The position numbers and the translations under genes are program-made. A stretch of 64,000 nucleotides of DNA from an uncultured virus (IMG/VR IMGVR_UViG_3300032272_000004). Lineage: Duplodnaviria; Heunggongvirae; Uroviricota; Caudoviricetes. Below are positions 36,138 to 45,341 of this stretch, one piece after another (the first letter of the stretch is position 1; every line of letters begins with the position of its first letter). The notes under the pieces were generated by a model, which had not been told where the DNA came from, did no database searches, and was given only the letters and a program-made list of their open reading frames with translations. The stretch lies in the IMG/VR virus record IMGVR_UViG_3300032272_000004; one strand, 5' to 3'.

Positions 36138-37946
36138 AGCTTCTTCCCCAGCTTCTTCCCCATCTCCTCCCGAACAAACTCCTGGTTCGTCTCCCGCTGA
36201 GCTTCGAGGAGAGCATCGCGCTTCGCCATCCATTCCGCGCAGTGGTCCACAAACTTCTCAGTCGGAGTGATGGTGCTGGTCTTCACATCCCCGTCGTTCT
36301 GTTCGTCGAGGTAGCCGTCAGCAATGAGCTTCAGCAGGTCCGGCTTGTAGAACGGGTTGCTGGCTTCCCGCGGGGTCATCTTGAAACCGAGGAAGGCCAC
36401 GAAGTCCTCGTAAATGATCGGCTGCCACTTGTTGCCGTTCTGCTCGCAGTAACAGATGACGAGGATCGCGGCCCATTCGAGCTCCGCCTTGTTGAAGCCG
36501 TTGGGCATGTTGCGGTTCGGGCCGATGCCCGCGCCGCCCAAATAGGCCGCAACCTCACTCGGTTTCATTTTCCATTCCGTCATCTCGATTTTCCTCTCAC
36601 GCCAACAGGCGGCGCAGGCCCACATCGTGCCTTGGCCAAGCCCACCACCCAGAAACACAGGGACCTTCGACTGCGGGCTGCCCTTGGTCTCCGGACGGTT
36701 GCAGCACTCGCAGATTCCACCGTTGTCGCGTAACGAAGAGCCGCGTTTGGTCACGGGACATCCCGGATCGGAGTCACATCGACCTTTACCCCAGGCGACA
36801 ACGTCACCTTTGAGTTTTTGGGAAGTGACTCGACGACGCCCTCGGCGCCAGCAAGCACATCGTAGAGGTGCTCCTTCAATTCCTCATCCGACATTTCCGT
36901 GGAAACTGCAGTCACGATGTCTACATGCACCATCAAATGGTTTTTCATCAAACCAACCACTCCGAGCAACAGATGACCTCGGGGTCCGTGAAGCGCTTCA
37001 CGTACTCGAACAAGGGCACGTCGACGATCTCGCCGTCCTGCTCGTCCTGCACGGTCGCGTCGCAAGGCGCCGTAACACGCTCGATCTTGTCGGGAGCGGT
37101 CCAGTCCGTGTCCCACATCGAGTCGTGATTTTTCAGCAGACTGACGGCCTGCTTCTGGCAAGGCGCCAAGACGTGGTAAACCACCTCGCCAAATTCGATT
37201 CTGTAGACAAAAAGAGTCATAGCCGGCGAATACCAACTTCGATCGAACGAGGGGTACGGATGCAAGCATCGAGAATGGTCTTCTGCATCTCGAGCGCGAC
37301 CTTGCGGCTGGGAGGTTGCCACGCGATGTCCCGCCAAAGCGTTTCGATGTCCATTCCGGAACCCTGCTTGTACAGTTCGTGTCGGCGACCCAGGGCGCTC
37401 ATCACACGCACTTCGAGCGCCCAATCCGGGGTACCCGAGGATTCATACTGAAACGTCAAGGTGTACATCGGTGCCCTCAGAAGTACATGGTCACGAGGTG
37501 AAATTCAGGCTCGCGGCCCTCGACGGCTTTGAGCAAAGCGACCCGGTCATCGCGCGAAACCTGCGGAAAAAGCAGCAGAGGGTCGAAGGTCGAAGCTTCG
37601 CATTCACCCGTCTCCTGCAGAAGCACACCAGCAAAGAAAATAGGCTGCGAGTCGCTTCCGGCCACGATGTGCTCGCGCCCCCGATTACCTGTTTTGATGT
37701 TCAGACAGACCTGCAGTGCCTCGGCCTCCTCGAAGGAGTCCATCCTCAGTCCGTAGACGATTGCTGCGGTTGCTCGGTAGGCCATTCTTCCTCCAGTTCG
37801 CGTTTCAGCTGCCGCCGCCGGCGACGAGCATTGATACGAGCCCAGCCCCGCCGAGCACGGGCCACGTGGGTGGAGTTGCAACCCTTGCCAGGGTTCGCGT
37901 TCTCCCAACGTGGCCCGTGTTCGGTGCGCTTGGGCTGGGGCCGCAT
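36134..37946 (-). other. Run of six small coupled hypothetical CDSs (36134-36754, 36751-36948, 36948-37220, 37217-37468, 37477-37785, 37746-37946)
   Basis: Abutting or overlapping ORFs with ATGA/TGATG junctions; no recognisable family. Confidence 0.55.
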
Positions 37947-38380
37947 CAGTCCCTCGACAGAGCCAACGGTGCTGGCACCGTGATCTGAGGCTTGTCTGGG
38001 TTCGCTCCGAGAGCGTCCCCAGGCTTGGCCATCAGCCCGTTACTCTGAAGCAACGTGGTGAGGTTGCGGTAGGCCGTCTCGAAGTCGTCGAACGCAGCTC
38101 CCACCTGTTCGTTGTCCACCTTCTCGACCCCCTGGGCGGCGCGCAGCGCCACGTTCAAGGCGTCGGTCGCCTGGGCGTAGCGCTCGTCGTACTCCCGGAG
38201 CTGTTGCTTGGTCCCCTTCAGCATGAAGTAGGGCCGAGCCACCCGGTCGATGGTCTGCAGCACACTCGTGGCGTCCTGCACTGTCGCGATGACCTGCGGG
38301 AGCTTGTCCAGAGCCTGAGCCCCGATGCCGCAGCCCTGCAGGCCAAACACGGTCACGATCACAAAAAACAGATTCTTCAT
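37946..38380 (-). CDS. Lipoprotein (helical)
   Basis: MKNLFFVIVTVFGLQGC lipobox; AAGGA RBS. Confidence 0.75.
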   Translation of the reverse strand: MKNLFFVIVTVFGLQGCGIGAQALDKLPQVIATVQDATSVLQTIDRVARPYFMLKGTKQQLREYDERYAQATDALNVALRAAQGVEKVDNEQVGAAFDDFETAYRNLTTLLQSNGLMAKPGDALGANPDKPQITVPAPLALSRD

Positions 38381-38431
38381 AGCCATTCCTTTACCACAAC
38401 TACCTTGCCGCGCGCCTCCAACGCCCACGAG

Positions 38432-38501
38432 CGGGCTGGGTAGGAATCGAACCCACGCTGGCGGGTTTGGGGCCCGCCTGTCGACCATCGAACACCAACC
38501 C
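38432..38501 (-). tRNA. tRNA-Trp(CCA)-like, C at position 33, no encoded CCA
   Basis: GGGTTGG/CCAGCCC acceptor, G discriminator; GCGGG-CCCCAAA-CCCGC; GTGGG-TTCGATT-CCTAC. Confidence 0.75.
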
Positions 38502-38518
38502 AAAACAACTCCTCACCG

Positions 38519-38601
38519 CCTCCACACACTCCCAACCCTACTCATCGCCACCTCCACTCCTCCCCACACTTCGGCAAAGCGGCAAGCCTCCAGCACTCCC
38601 A
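38519..38601 (-). repeat. GGAG-repeat array, distal block (3 units)
   Basis: Plus-strand CCTCC-N4/5-CTCCC at 38519, 38551, 38587. Confidence 0.8.
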
Positions 38602-38778
38602 TCAACTCGAACGATCCCAGTACTTCTGAAACGGTAGCTTCCCCGCGAGACCCATCCCAAGCAGAGTACCCACCCCGGCCAGCGTCAGGGCGACAGGAAG
38701 CCCCACCGTACACATCACTGCGCCAACCACCCAGGTCTCGGTGGTCAAGCGCTCACTCTGTCGACTCGGATAGCTCAC
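38602..38778 (-). CDS. 58-aa membrane peptide embedded between the repeat blocks
   Basis: AAGGA then GTG; hydrophobic WVVGAVMCTVGLPVALTLAGVGTLLGMGLAG; repeat motif absent inside this ORF. Confidence 0.5.
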   Translation of the reverse strand: MSYPSRQSERLTTETWVVGAVMCTVGLPVALTLAGVGTLLGMGLAGKLPFQKYWDRSS

Positions 38779-38808
38779 GATTTCTTGTCCTTCACAGGTC
38801 GAGCGTTC

Positions 38809-39211
38809 CCTCCGCTCCCACTTTTCAAGACCTTGTCCTCCGCCGCTCCCAGGATCGTTCCGTCTCCTCCGGTCCCACTGCTTTCCATTCCCCTCCTTCG
38901 GAACGCGCCTCCACCCCCAACTCGAACCTCCACGACCTCCAGCGCTCCCACGTCGTCGAGACACTCGGCCTCCACTCCCCGACTTGAACCTCCACGCCTC
39001 CAGCTCCCACAGCCGAAATGAGGTGATAGGATTTCCTCCACTCCCAGCGTCACGTCCAATCCGTCATTGCCTCCACATCGGTCTCATGGCCCTCCCTGTT
39101 CCCACACATCCGCTTGTCGGGACCTCCATCAAAGCTGACCCTCCGTCTCCCACCATGCGGGTCTACGCCCTCCCACTCCCAAACAATCTAGCCGAGTTCC
39201 TCCCACTCCCT
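38809..39211 (-). repeat. GGAG-repeat array, proximal block (~12 bipartite units plus 5 lone GGAGG)
   Basis: Plus-strand CCTCC-N1-5-(C)TCCC(A) at 38809, 38837, 38866, 38908, 38936, 38969, 38997, 39035, 39091, 39140, 39169, 39199, with mostly unique intervening sequence. Confidence 0.85.
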
Positions 39212-40802
39212 ACTTCTTCTTCGGCCGCTTCCCCACCGGCTTCTTCTTCCGCGGCGAGCTCTTCGGAGCCGTGACTCCCTGCAGCTGATTCTCGCACGCC
39301 GCCACGTCCAGGTGCACGGTGTGTTTGCACTCGACGCAGACCAGCTTCCGACGACGGAGCTGGATGTTGTCTTCGGTGACGTGCCCACACTTGGGGCACG
39401 TCTGGGAGATATAGGCCGGGTCGCGCTGCTCGAAGGCGATGCCGTAAGACTCGAGCGCCGACTGGATGTCCTGCTGCAGCCGGTAGTAGGGCCAGGTCTG
39501 GATCTCCTGCCAGGCGTACTCGCCCCCCTGGAGCTTCTCCGGGAGCCCGTCCCGGATGCCAGTGAAGTCTTCGAGCAGGACGACGCCCACCCCGCGGTCG
39601 TCGCACCACTTGGCGAAGCGAGCGGCGATCGTCTTGCAGCGGGTGTCCCGCCAGCGGTCGCTGGCACCGGCCAGGTGATCGATGGGCTTGAGGGTGCGCG
39701 TGCGGCCGTGCCCGACGCGACCCGAGGCCTTGACCTGGTACTGAAACTGGCGCCGCCGGGCCTGCGTGCCCCGCAGGTGGGCGACGATGTCGTCCCCGTC
39801 GTAGAGGAGCTGCTCTCCGGTGTCGGTCACCGCGGCCAGGAAACAGGTGATGCCCCGGTTGATGGCGGCCCGCTTGGTCTCGACGGTCTTGGGGACCTGC
39901 TTGGTGTAGGCCAGGCGCACAAACCACTTGCGTTTCCGCAGACGGTCCTGCGTGAGAGCCGCTTCACCGATCTTGACCACCCCGTCGGCCAAGTCGCCCA
40001 GGAGCTGCCGCTGGTAGCCGTCCCGGGGCTCGATGGGCAGCGTGAACTCGCCGCCCTTGTGGCGACCGGGGCTCAGATTGAAGGTCATCAGAAACCGCCG
40101 GCCGTCACGCACGAAGCGCATGTCGGAGGCGCGGATCGGGATGGGCAACGTGCCGCGGTAGTGAGGGGGCGCTTTCTCGTGCTGCACCAGCACCTTGAAG
40201 CGGTCGGTGCGCCAGCGCTGCATGACCTTGCGGTTGAGGGCACTGGCGATGCCCGAGGACACGTCCGGGGCAATCTGCCGCACCAGCGAAAACAGGTCGA
40301 GCTGCCCCTTCCGGAGACACTTGTCGGTGAGCACCTGGGCGACCGCCGGCGTCACCAGCGGAGCCACCTCGTCGATCGCGTCGCGCAGCTCCTGCTCGGT
40401 CGCCTGCCACTCCTTGGCCTTGGGGGCCCGTTGCTCGTGCACGAGGTACCGCTGCACGATGCGCGCATCCACCCGCCAGTGCACCCGCACCGCAATGTTG
40501 GCCGCCAGGGCCAAGCTTCGGCGCACCTCCAGCAGCCGTTTGCGGAGCGCGTGGCTCTCGTTGTCGGCTAGCAGGCTCGTGTCGACGGCAATTTTGCCGG
40601 TGGCTCGGACGATGCTGAGGGGCTCGAGAGCACGACTCTCGGTCGTGGGAGTTGCCGCGCGCAAATGGGAATTGCGTCGCTGGCTATTGGCGAGCGTCCC
40701 CGAACTGACTTCCCCGCTCGTAGCGGCATGTCCGGAAACTTGTTCGCCTTCGGGACTTGGAGTAGCCCCTGAAACCGAGAGTCGTGCACTAGAACCACTC
40801 AT
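39210..40802 (-). CDS. Cas12f/TnpB-family protein, RuvC-I Asp replaced by Asn (probably nuclease-dead)
   Basis: KWFVRLAY, AAINRGI (normally GxDxG), GHGRTRTLKP, LLEDFTGI, WPYYRLQ, DPAYISQTCPKCG..CVEC..HLDVAACEN; ATG overlaps the TGA of the upstream ATPase. Confidence 0.85.
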   Translation of the reverse strand: MSGSSARLSVSGATPSPEGEQVSGHAATSGEVSSGTLANSQRRNSHLRAATPTTESRALEPLSIVRATGKIAVDTSLLADNESHALRKRLLEVRRSLALAANIAVRVHWRVDARIVQRYLVHEQRAPKAKEWQATEQELRDAIDEVAPLVTPAVAQVLTDKCLRKGQLDLFSLVRQIAPDVSSGIASALNRKVMQRWRTDRFKVLVQHEKAPPHYRGTLPIPIRASDMRFVRDGRRFLMTFNLSPGRHKGGEFTLPIEPRDGYQRQLLGDLADGVVKIGEAALTQDRLRKRKWFVRLAYTKQVPKTVETKRAAINRGITCFLAAVTDTGEQLLYDGDDIVAHLRGTQARRRQFQYQVKASGRVGHGRTRTLKPIDHLAGASDRWRDTRCKTIAARFAKWCDDRGVGVVLLEDFTGIRDGLPEKLQGGEYAWQEIQTWPYYRLQQDIQSALESYGIAFEQRDPAYISQTCPKCGHVTEDNIQLRRRKLVCVECKHTVHLDVAACENQLQGVTAPKSSPRKKKPVGKRPKKK

Positions 40803-41788
40803 GCTGTTTTTTCCTCGTCGTCGCACCCGTAGACGTCTTCGTTGGTGATGACGTCGCCATTGGCAAGCACCACGCGCTTGGCCAACCTCAACGCCCATTG
40901 CTCGATCTCTGCGTGACTCGATCCTTCCAATTTCGCAGACAGCTTCTCCGCCAGCTCGACTGGCAGTTTTCCGTCGCGCACATAGCCGATGGACGCGGCC
41001 CATATCACCCGGTGCCGCGTCCAGACCCGCTCCGCCACCTCCCAAGCCTCGACGCCAGCGGGCAGCGTGTAGGTGATGACTTGGTCGAATCGACGCCGCA
41101 ACGCATGATCCAGCAGCTCGGGTAGGTTGGTGGCGCCGATCAGAATGTTGTCCGACGGGTCGTCCTCCAAAAACATCAGAATCGAGTTCAAGACTCGGCG
41201 CATCTCGGGGAGATCAGTCTTCGAGGCGCGGCTGGCACCGAGGGAGTCGAACTCGTCGAAGAGATAGATGTTTCCAGGATTATCACGAATGTGATCGAAC
41301 ACCATTCGCACGTTGGCGCCCGTCTCGCCCAGATGGCTCTTGATGAGCCCGTCGACCTTGACCCGGTAGCAAGTGCGACCGAGCTCGGTAGCCAGAAGAG
41401 CGGCGGACGCAGTCTTGCCAGTCCCCGGGGGCCCCACGAACAGAAGCTTTCGAGCGGGGCTCAGGTTGTGGGCCGCTAGCCGCTCGGCGGCGCGTTGCTC
41501 GGCCAGGATGTCCTGAATCGCCGTGCGCAGATCCGCGCTCAACACCAGATCATCCATCTTGACCGTGGAACTCACGATGTCGAACAGTTTCCCATCCGAC
41601 AAACTCCGGAGCGGCTGCAATCGACGCACGCCATACGACTGCTGCGTCGCTCCCAGCAATCGCTGTTTCGTCTTATACCGGCCCTGCGCCTCGGCGTGAG
41701 CCGCCATTTGGCGCACTGTGTTCTGAAACCTCTCCTCGTCGCCATCGGTGTGCGATCGGATCAAGGCAAACACCTGGTCCTGCTTCAC
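40799..41788 (-). CDS. AAA+ ATPase, IetA-like
   Basis: ALIRSHTDGDEERF..QMAAH N-terminus, GPPGTGKT, SHLGETG, LFDEFD, GATN..LLDHALRRRFD. Confidence 0.85.
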   Translation of the reverse strand: MKQDQVFALIRSHTDGDEERFQNTVRQMAAHAEAQGRYKTKQRLLGATQQSYGVRRLQPLRSLSDGKLFDIVSSTVKMDDLVLSADLRTAIQDILAEQRAAERLAAHNLSPARKLLFVGPPGTGKTASAALLATELGRTCYRVKVDGLIKSHLGETGANVRMVFDHIRDNPGNIYLFDEFDSLGASRASKTDLPEMRRVLNSILMFLEDDPSDNILIGATNLPELLDHALRRRFDQVITYTLPAGVEAWEVAERVWTRHRVIWAASIGYVRDGKLPVELAEKLSAKLEGSSHAEIEQWALRLAKRVVLANGDVITNEDVYGCDDEEKTA

Positions 41789-42231
41789 AGGTACCTCCCG
41801 TCAGTTTCCTTGCGCCATTGCTCGAAACAGGAGTCAGCGGGCACCGGCTCGAACTCGCCCTCCATGTCGCCGATCAACATGAAGCCGTCCTGGCTCGAGG
41901 ATGGCGTGCCCGCGATGTAGACCGTCGGCCCGTACTCGCCACCCCCCGCCGTGTAGCGGCGCAGAGCCCAGCGGTCTGCCGATTCCTTCGTCACCTCCAC
42001 CCGGTAACAGCTTCGACGAGCCACAAGATCGATGTCGGTGCGACATTCGCCCAGCTGCTCGAGCACGAAATCCTTCTGGAAGTCGTCCTCCCCAAACCAG
42101 GGGAGGGGAAGGTCGGTAGGGACCCGCTTGCCGGCCCCCGAGACCCGCCAGGGCTTACCGGGCGTCGGACACGCAGAAACATAGCGCGCTACCACTACCT
42201 TCTCTTGTCGCTGCCAAATCTCGATTGCCAT
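41785..42231 (-). CDS. Hypothetical protein
   Basis: First ORF after the promoter at 42251-42279. Confidence 0.55.
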   Translation of the reverse strand: MAIEIWQRQEKVVVARYVSACPTPGKPWRVSGAGKRVPTDLPLPWFGEDDFQKDFVLEQLGECRTDIDLVARRSCYRVEVTKESADRWALRRYTAGGGEYGPTVYIAGTPSSSQDGFMLIGDMEGEFEPVPADSCFEQWRKETDGRYL

Positions 42232-42250
42232 GGTGTGCCTCTGAGCCGAC

Positions 42251-42279
42251 ACAATGGCCCCCGGGTGTCGCGCTGTCAA
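42251..42279 (-). promoter_or_regulatory. Promoter for the ATPase/dCas12f-like/array unit
   Basis: TTGACA-17 nt-CATTGT. Confidence 0.65.
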
Positions 42280-42326
42280 CACCCAGGGGTCGCTTTTCTC
42301 AATCCGACGGAGTGTGTGTCAGGGTG

Positions 42327-43577
42327 TCAGGCGCTGGCCGGAATGGCGGGTTCGGAAGACTTCGGGCCCGGGAACGGCGAAACAACATGATGATCCAAAA
42401 CATCCAGCTGCTTCACCTCCGCCTTCGGAGCGTCCGCGTAAACCTGCCCCAGCGGCGTGGGCTCCGTGTACATGTGATTCGATCCGAGCGACTTGGCCAC
42501 AGCCGTTGCCTCGACCGCCGACAGCGGCCCGACCTCCACCCGATGCTTCATGCGGCCCGCTCCGAGGATCGCGGGATCCACGTCGATCGCCTTCAGGTTG
42601 CTCGTCACCATGAACTTGACGTTGAGCATGTCACCGAGAATGCCGTCCGTGAGGTTGAGAAGCTGCGCGACGGGAGACGCGTCGCGCCCACTGCTCCGTT
42701 TCCGCACGAACTCGTCGCCGTCCTCCAGCAGGACCAGCAAGGGCTTCCGGTCCTTCGCGTCACGGTTCAGCAGGAGCTGCAGCATCGCCGGGCCGTCGAT
42801 GTCCGAGACATTGCGACCCGACAGAAGCGCCACCTCCACGTTTTTGCATTCGGAAAGCACAGCCCGCAGGAAAAAGGTCTTGCCCGTGCGAGGCTGTCCC
42901 CGCAGCAGCGTCAAACCCGGATCGGAACTGTCTGCCCACGAGCGCACCGCGGACAGTTGGTCACGAATCGGCTCGCTGTAGTGCCGCGCCTCGTAGGGGG
43001 CGTAACGCGAGAGCCGATGAGGCTTGAGCCTCAAGTTGCCGTTGTGATCCCGCTCCAGCAGATTCACCTGGGGTCGCGGGTCCTCCACGACCTCGGGCAG
43101 CCCATGAGGCCAGACGCTCTTCAGCAAGGCCTCCACGTACTCGGCAACATTCTGATCGCCCTCCAGCGCGTGGAGTGCGTCGGGAGCCGCAGTCCAGTAC
43201 CCCACCACGCCGCGGTCGACCTCGACCACGACCGTCACGCGACCCAACGCGATCGACCAGTACTCGTTCCCATGCGGAACAAACTCTGCCTGCACACGAT
43301 ACTCTTCGGGCACCGAATCGTCCCACCATGTATCAGGGACCTCGAACTTCCGGCCGCGAGACATGACATGATCGCCATCGCAGGTGTTATTCACCACGAC
43401 GCCGTCAATCTGAGGGCGGAGACGAAAGTACCTGCTGTAGCAGTCGAACCGAAGGCCACGGTGCCACGCGTAAACGCGCAGCTGATCCTCCAGATCGTAG
43501 TTGTTGCCAGCCGAGACCAACGACTCCGGCGAGAAGTACCGCTCGAGGTACTCCGTGTAGGTTTGGGCTTTTTTCAT
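42327..43577 (-). CDS. AAA+ ATPase (BCS1/DUF5925-associated type)
   Basis: GQPRTGKT, LLEDGD, LLNLTDGILG, TSN, DPAILGAGR. Confidence 0.8.
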   Translation of the reverse strand: MKKAQTYTEYLERYFSPESLVSAGNNYDLEDQLRVYAWHRGLRFDCYSRYFRLRPQIDGVVVNNTCDGDHVMSRGRKFEVPDTWWDDSVPEEYRVQAEFVPHGNEYWSIALGRVTVVVEVDRGVVGYWTAAPDALHALEGDQNVAEYVEALLKSVWPHGLPEVVEDPRPQVNLLERDHNGNLRLKPHRLSRYAPYEARHYSEPIRDQLSAVRSWADSSDPGLTLLRGQPRTGKTFFLRAVLSECKNVEVALLSGRNVSDIDGPAMLQLLLNRDAKDRKPLLVLLEDGDEFVRKRSSGRDASPVAQLLNLTDGILGDMLNVKFMVTSNLKAIDVDPAILGAGRMKHRVEVGPLSAVEATAVAKSLGSNHMYTEPTPLGQVYADAPKAEVKQLDVLDHHVVSPFPGPKSSEPAIPASA

Positions 43578-43607
43578 GCTGTTTCCTCGTAGTGTGTGTG
43601 TGTGTTG

Positions 43608-44021
43608 TTACTTATCCAACGTCCCGCGCATGGTGCGCCAGAGCATTGCCGAGTTTTTGCAGCGGCGCTCGAGCTCCAACAGAAGCTTCTGCGACTTCTC
43701 CGTGTCCCCGCTGCGGACCGCGTCGTGCAGCTCGCGAGCCATACGCCGATTGTCGGTCTGCTCCAAGCGCTCTTTGAGCCCGTAGAGCAGATCGTCGATC
43801 AGTTCCCGGGTGCGCTCGATCGGGTTCTCGCGGCCGTCGTGGAGCTGCAGGGGACCGTACTCCTTCTGTCCAAACCGCACCCAGCGGCGAGCTGCCATCA
43901 GCATCGCTCGCACCTCGTTCTCGTGGGCCTCGTCGACCAGGTCGTGCAGCTCCTCGCGAAGCTTCTCGGGGTCCTCCGAAAAAAGCCCCCGGACGTCGTC
44001 GTCCTCTTCGAGCTCAGCCAT
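43608..44021 (-). CDS. Hypothetical helical protein
   Basis: GQKEYG..L..DGRE..ELIDDLLY resembles all-alpha NTP-pyrophosphatase-like phage proteins (weak). Confidence 0.55.
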   Translation of the reverse strand: MAELEEDDDVRGLFSEDPEKLREELHDLVDEAHENEVRAMLMAARRWVRFGQKEYGPLQLHDGRENPIERTRELIDDLLYGLKERLEQTDNRRMARELHDAVRSGDTEKSQKLLLELERRCKNSAMLWRTMRGTLDK

Positions 44022-44787
44022 CGAGCGATGATCCCTGCGGGGGGTCCGGGCTATCGAGCGGGTCGAAACCGCTCCGAGCCGAGCGCGCCTTGTCGATCAC
44101 CTCGAGCATCTTGGCCGCTTCGGCGCGGTCTGACTTCTTCTCGGACTCCGGGAGCCCGGCGTAGCGCGTCACCACCTGCCGGGACCAACGCTCGACCAGC
44201 TCCCGAGGGATGACCACCGTACCGTCCTCCTGGTCCTTCGACTTGCTGAACAAGTAGCGCATCCAACCCGACCAGGAGTCGTGAGCGTAGTCGGCCAGGT
44301 TCTCGACGAGTTCAGACTTGCCGGCCACCTTCGCAAACCAGGTCATGTCGGGGGTGGAGGCGAGCAGGGCGGCGATGTTCTGGGCCAAGCAATCGGCTGG
44401 CGGGTAGGAGCTGCTGCGGCGAGGCATCACACCACCCTCCAGCACCCAGCTCAGATCGACGTCCGAGTCGCCGAGGAAGCACCGCCAAGTCGGCTCGTAG
44501 CGACTTTCACCGACGCCGTACCGGTAGTAGCGGCCCGACAAGGCACGCTGCAACACGAGCGCACCGACCGAATCCGGATCGATCATCAGCCAGATCCGAT
44601 AGCGACTGTCCCCGTGGCCACAGCAGCTCTCCGTCGTCCGGATACCCGGCAGCGCGTTGAGAGTGGCGCACAATCGCACGCACTCCGGATCCATCGCCGG
44701 CCCCGGGCCCTCGGGCTTCGGCCATTTGTCGATAAGGTCGAGCTCGAATTCTGTCGGTTCGAGCTGCTCTGCGAAATTCTTGGTCAT
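44014..44787 (-). CDS. Two-domain protein: TYW3-like SCxGH domain plus RyR-like domain
   Basis: MDPEC..LNALPGIRTTESCCGH; LADYAHDSW..YAGLPESEKKSDR. Confidence 0.5.
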   Translation of the reverse strand: MTKNFAEQLEPTEFELDLIDKWPKPEGPGPAMDPECVRLCATLNALPGIRTTESCCGHGDSRYRIWLMIDPDSVGALVLQRALSGRYYRYGVGESRYEPTWRCFLGDSDVDLSWVLEGGVMPRRSSSYPPADCLAQNIAALLASTPDMTWFAKVAGKSELVENLADYAHDSWSGWMRYLFSKSKDQEDGTVVIPRELVERWSRQVVTRYAGLPESEKKSDRAEAAKMLEVIDKARSARSGFDPLDSPDPPQGSSLDG

Positions 44788-45341
44788 GGCTTGCTCCAAA
44801 ATTGTGGTTTCTCGTCTTTCCGCTGGTACAGCGGGTGGATGGGTTGACCGGTCTTCGTGAGCTTCAGCACCCGCAGGTCGATGTGCTCGACCCCCCGGAG
44901 CATCTTGGCGACGACCGCGCCGCGGTTCAGGACGCTGCCGTCGTTGCCCCAGCCGCACATCACCGAAGCGCAACGCTCGGCGGAGCTGCGGATGTAGAAA
45001 TCGTTGAGTGGCCCGACGGGGTCGGCCACCTTGGACAGCACGCTGCGGTCCGTCGAGCGGTAGGCAAACAGGTTGACCACCTGGATGCCGCCGTAGCCCC
45101 ACTGCTTGGCGTAGTTGATGCACCGGTTGACGGTGGGGTCGACCTTGAAGGCATCTGCCGTCGAGGGATTGAGCATCACCCAGAGCAGAAAGGGGGTGGG
45201 TGCAGCGACCCAGCGACGCTCCAGGTGATAGCGGAAAGTGCCACACGGACTGAAGACCGCCGAGGCCTCAAACGGAGCGACCAGCGACAGGTCGTGCTCG
45301 ACCGTGACCACTCCTGGCTTGTTCAGGATCAACTCAGGCAT
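44784..45341 (-). CDS. DUF1643 family protein
   Basis: AVFSPCGTFRYHLERRW, MLNPSTAD, DPT, NLFAYRST, CGWG, GQPIHPLY. Confidence 0.9.
   Translation of the reverse strand: MPELILNKPGVVTVEHDLSLVAPFEASAVFSPCGTFRYHLERRWVAAPTPFLLWVMLNPSTADAFKVDPTVNRCINYAKQWGYGGIQVVNLFAYRSTDRSVLSKVADPVGPLNDFYIRSSAERCASVMCGWGNDGSVLNRGAVVAKMLRGVEHIDLRVLKLTKTGQPIHPLYQRKDEKPQFWSKP

Noticed and set aside
38519..39211. Canonical CRISPR array or TIGR array
   Set aside because: Repeats are only ~12-16 nt, variable and non-palindromic, with an irregular period. There is no cas1/cas2, no fixed 36-nt unit and no recognisable Nop-domain Tas protein.
39210..40802. Active IS200/IS605 or IS607 transposon
   Set aside because: No tnpA, no evident end hairpins, RuvC-I is mutated, and the gene is translationally coupled inside an operon.
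40803..41045. N-terminal extension of the 611-aa ORF in the track
   Set aside because: It overlaps the AAA ATPase in another frame; the ATG at 40802 has an RBS and an ATGA overlap.
43592..43605. (GT)n microsatellite
   Set aside because: Short and intergenic; no evidence of phase variation.
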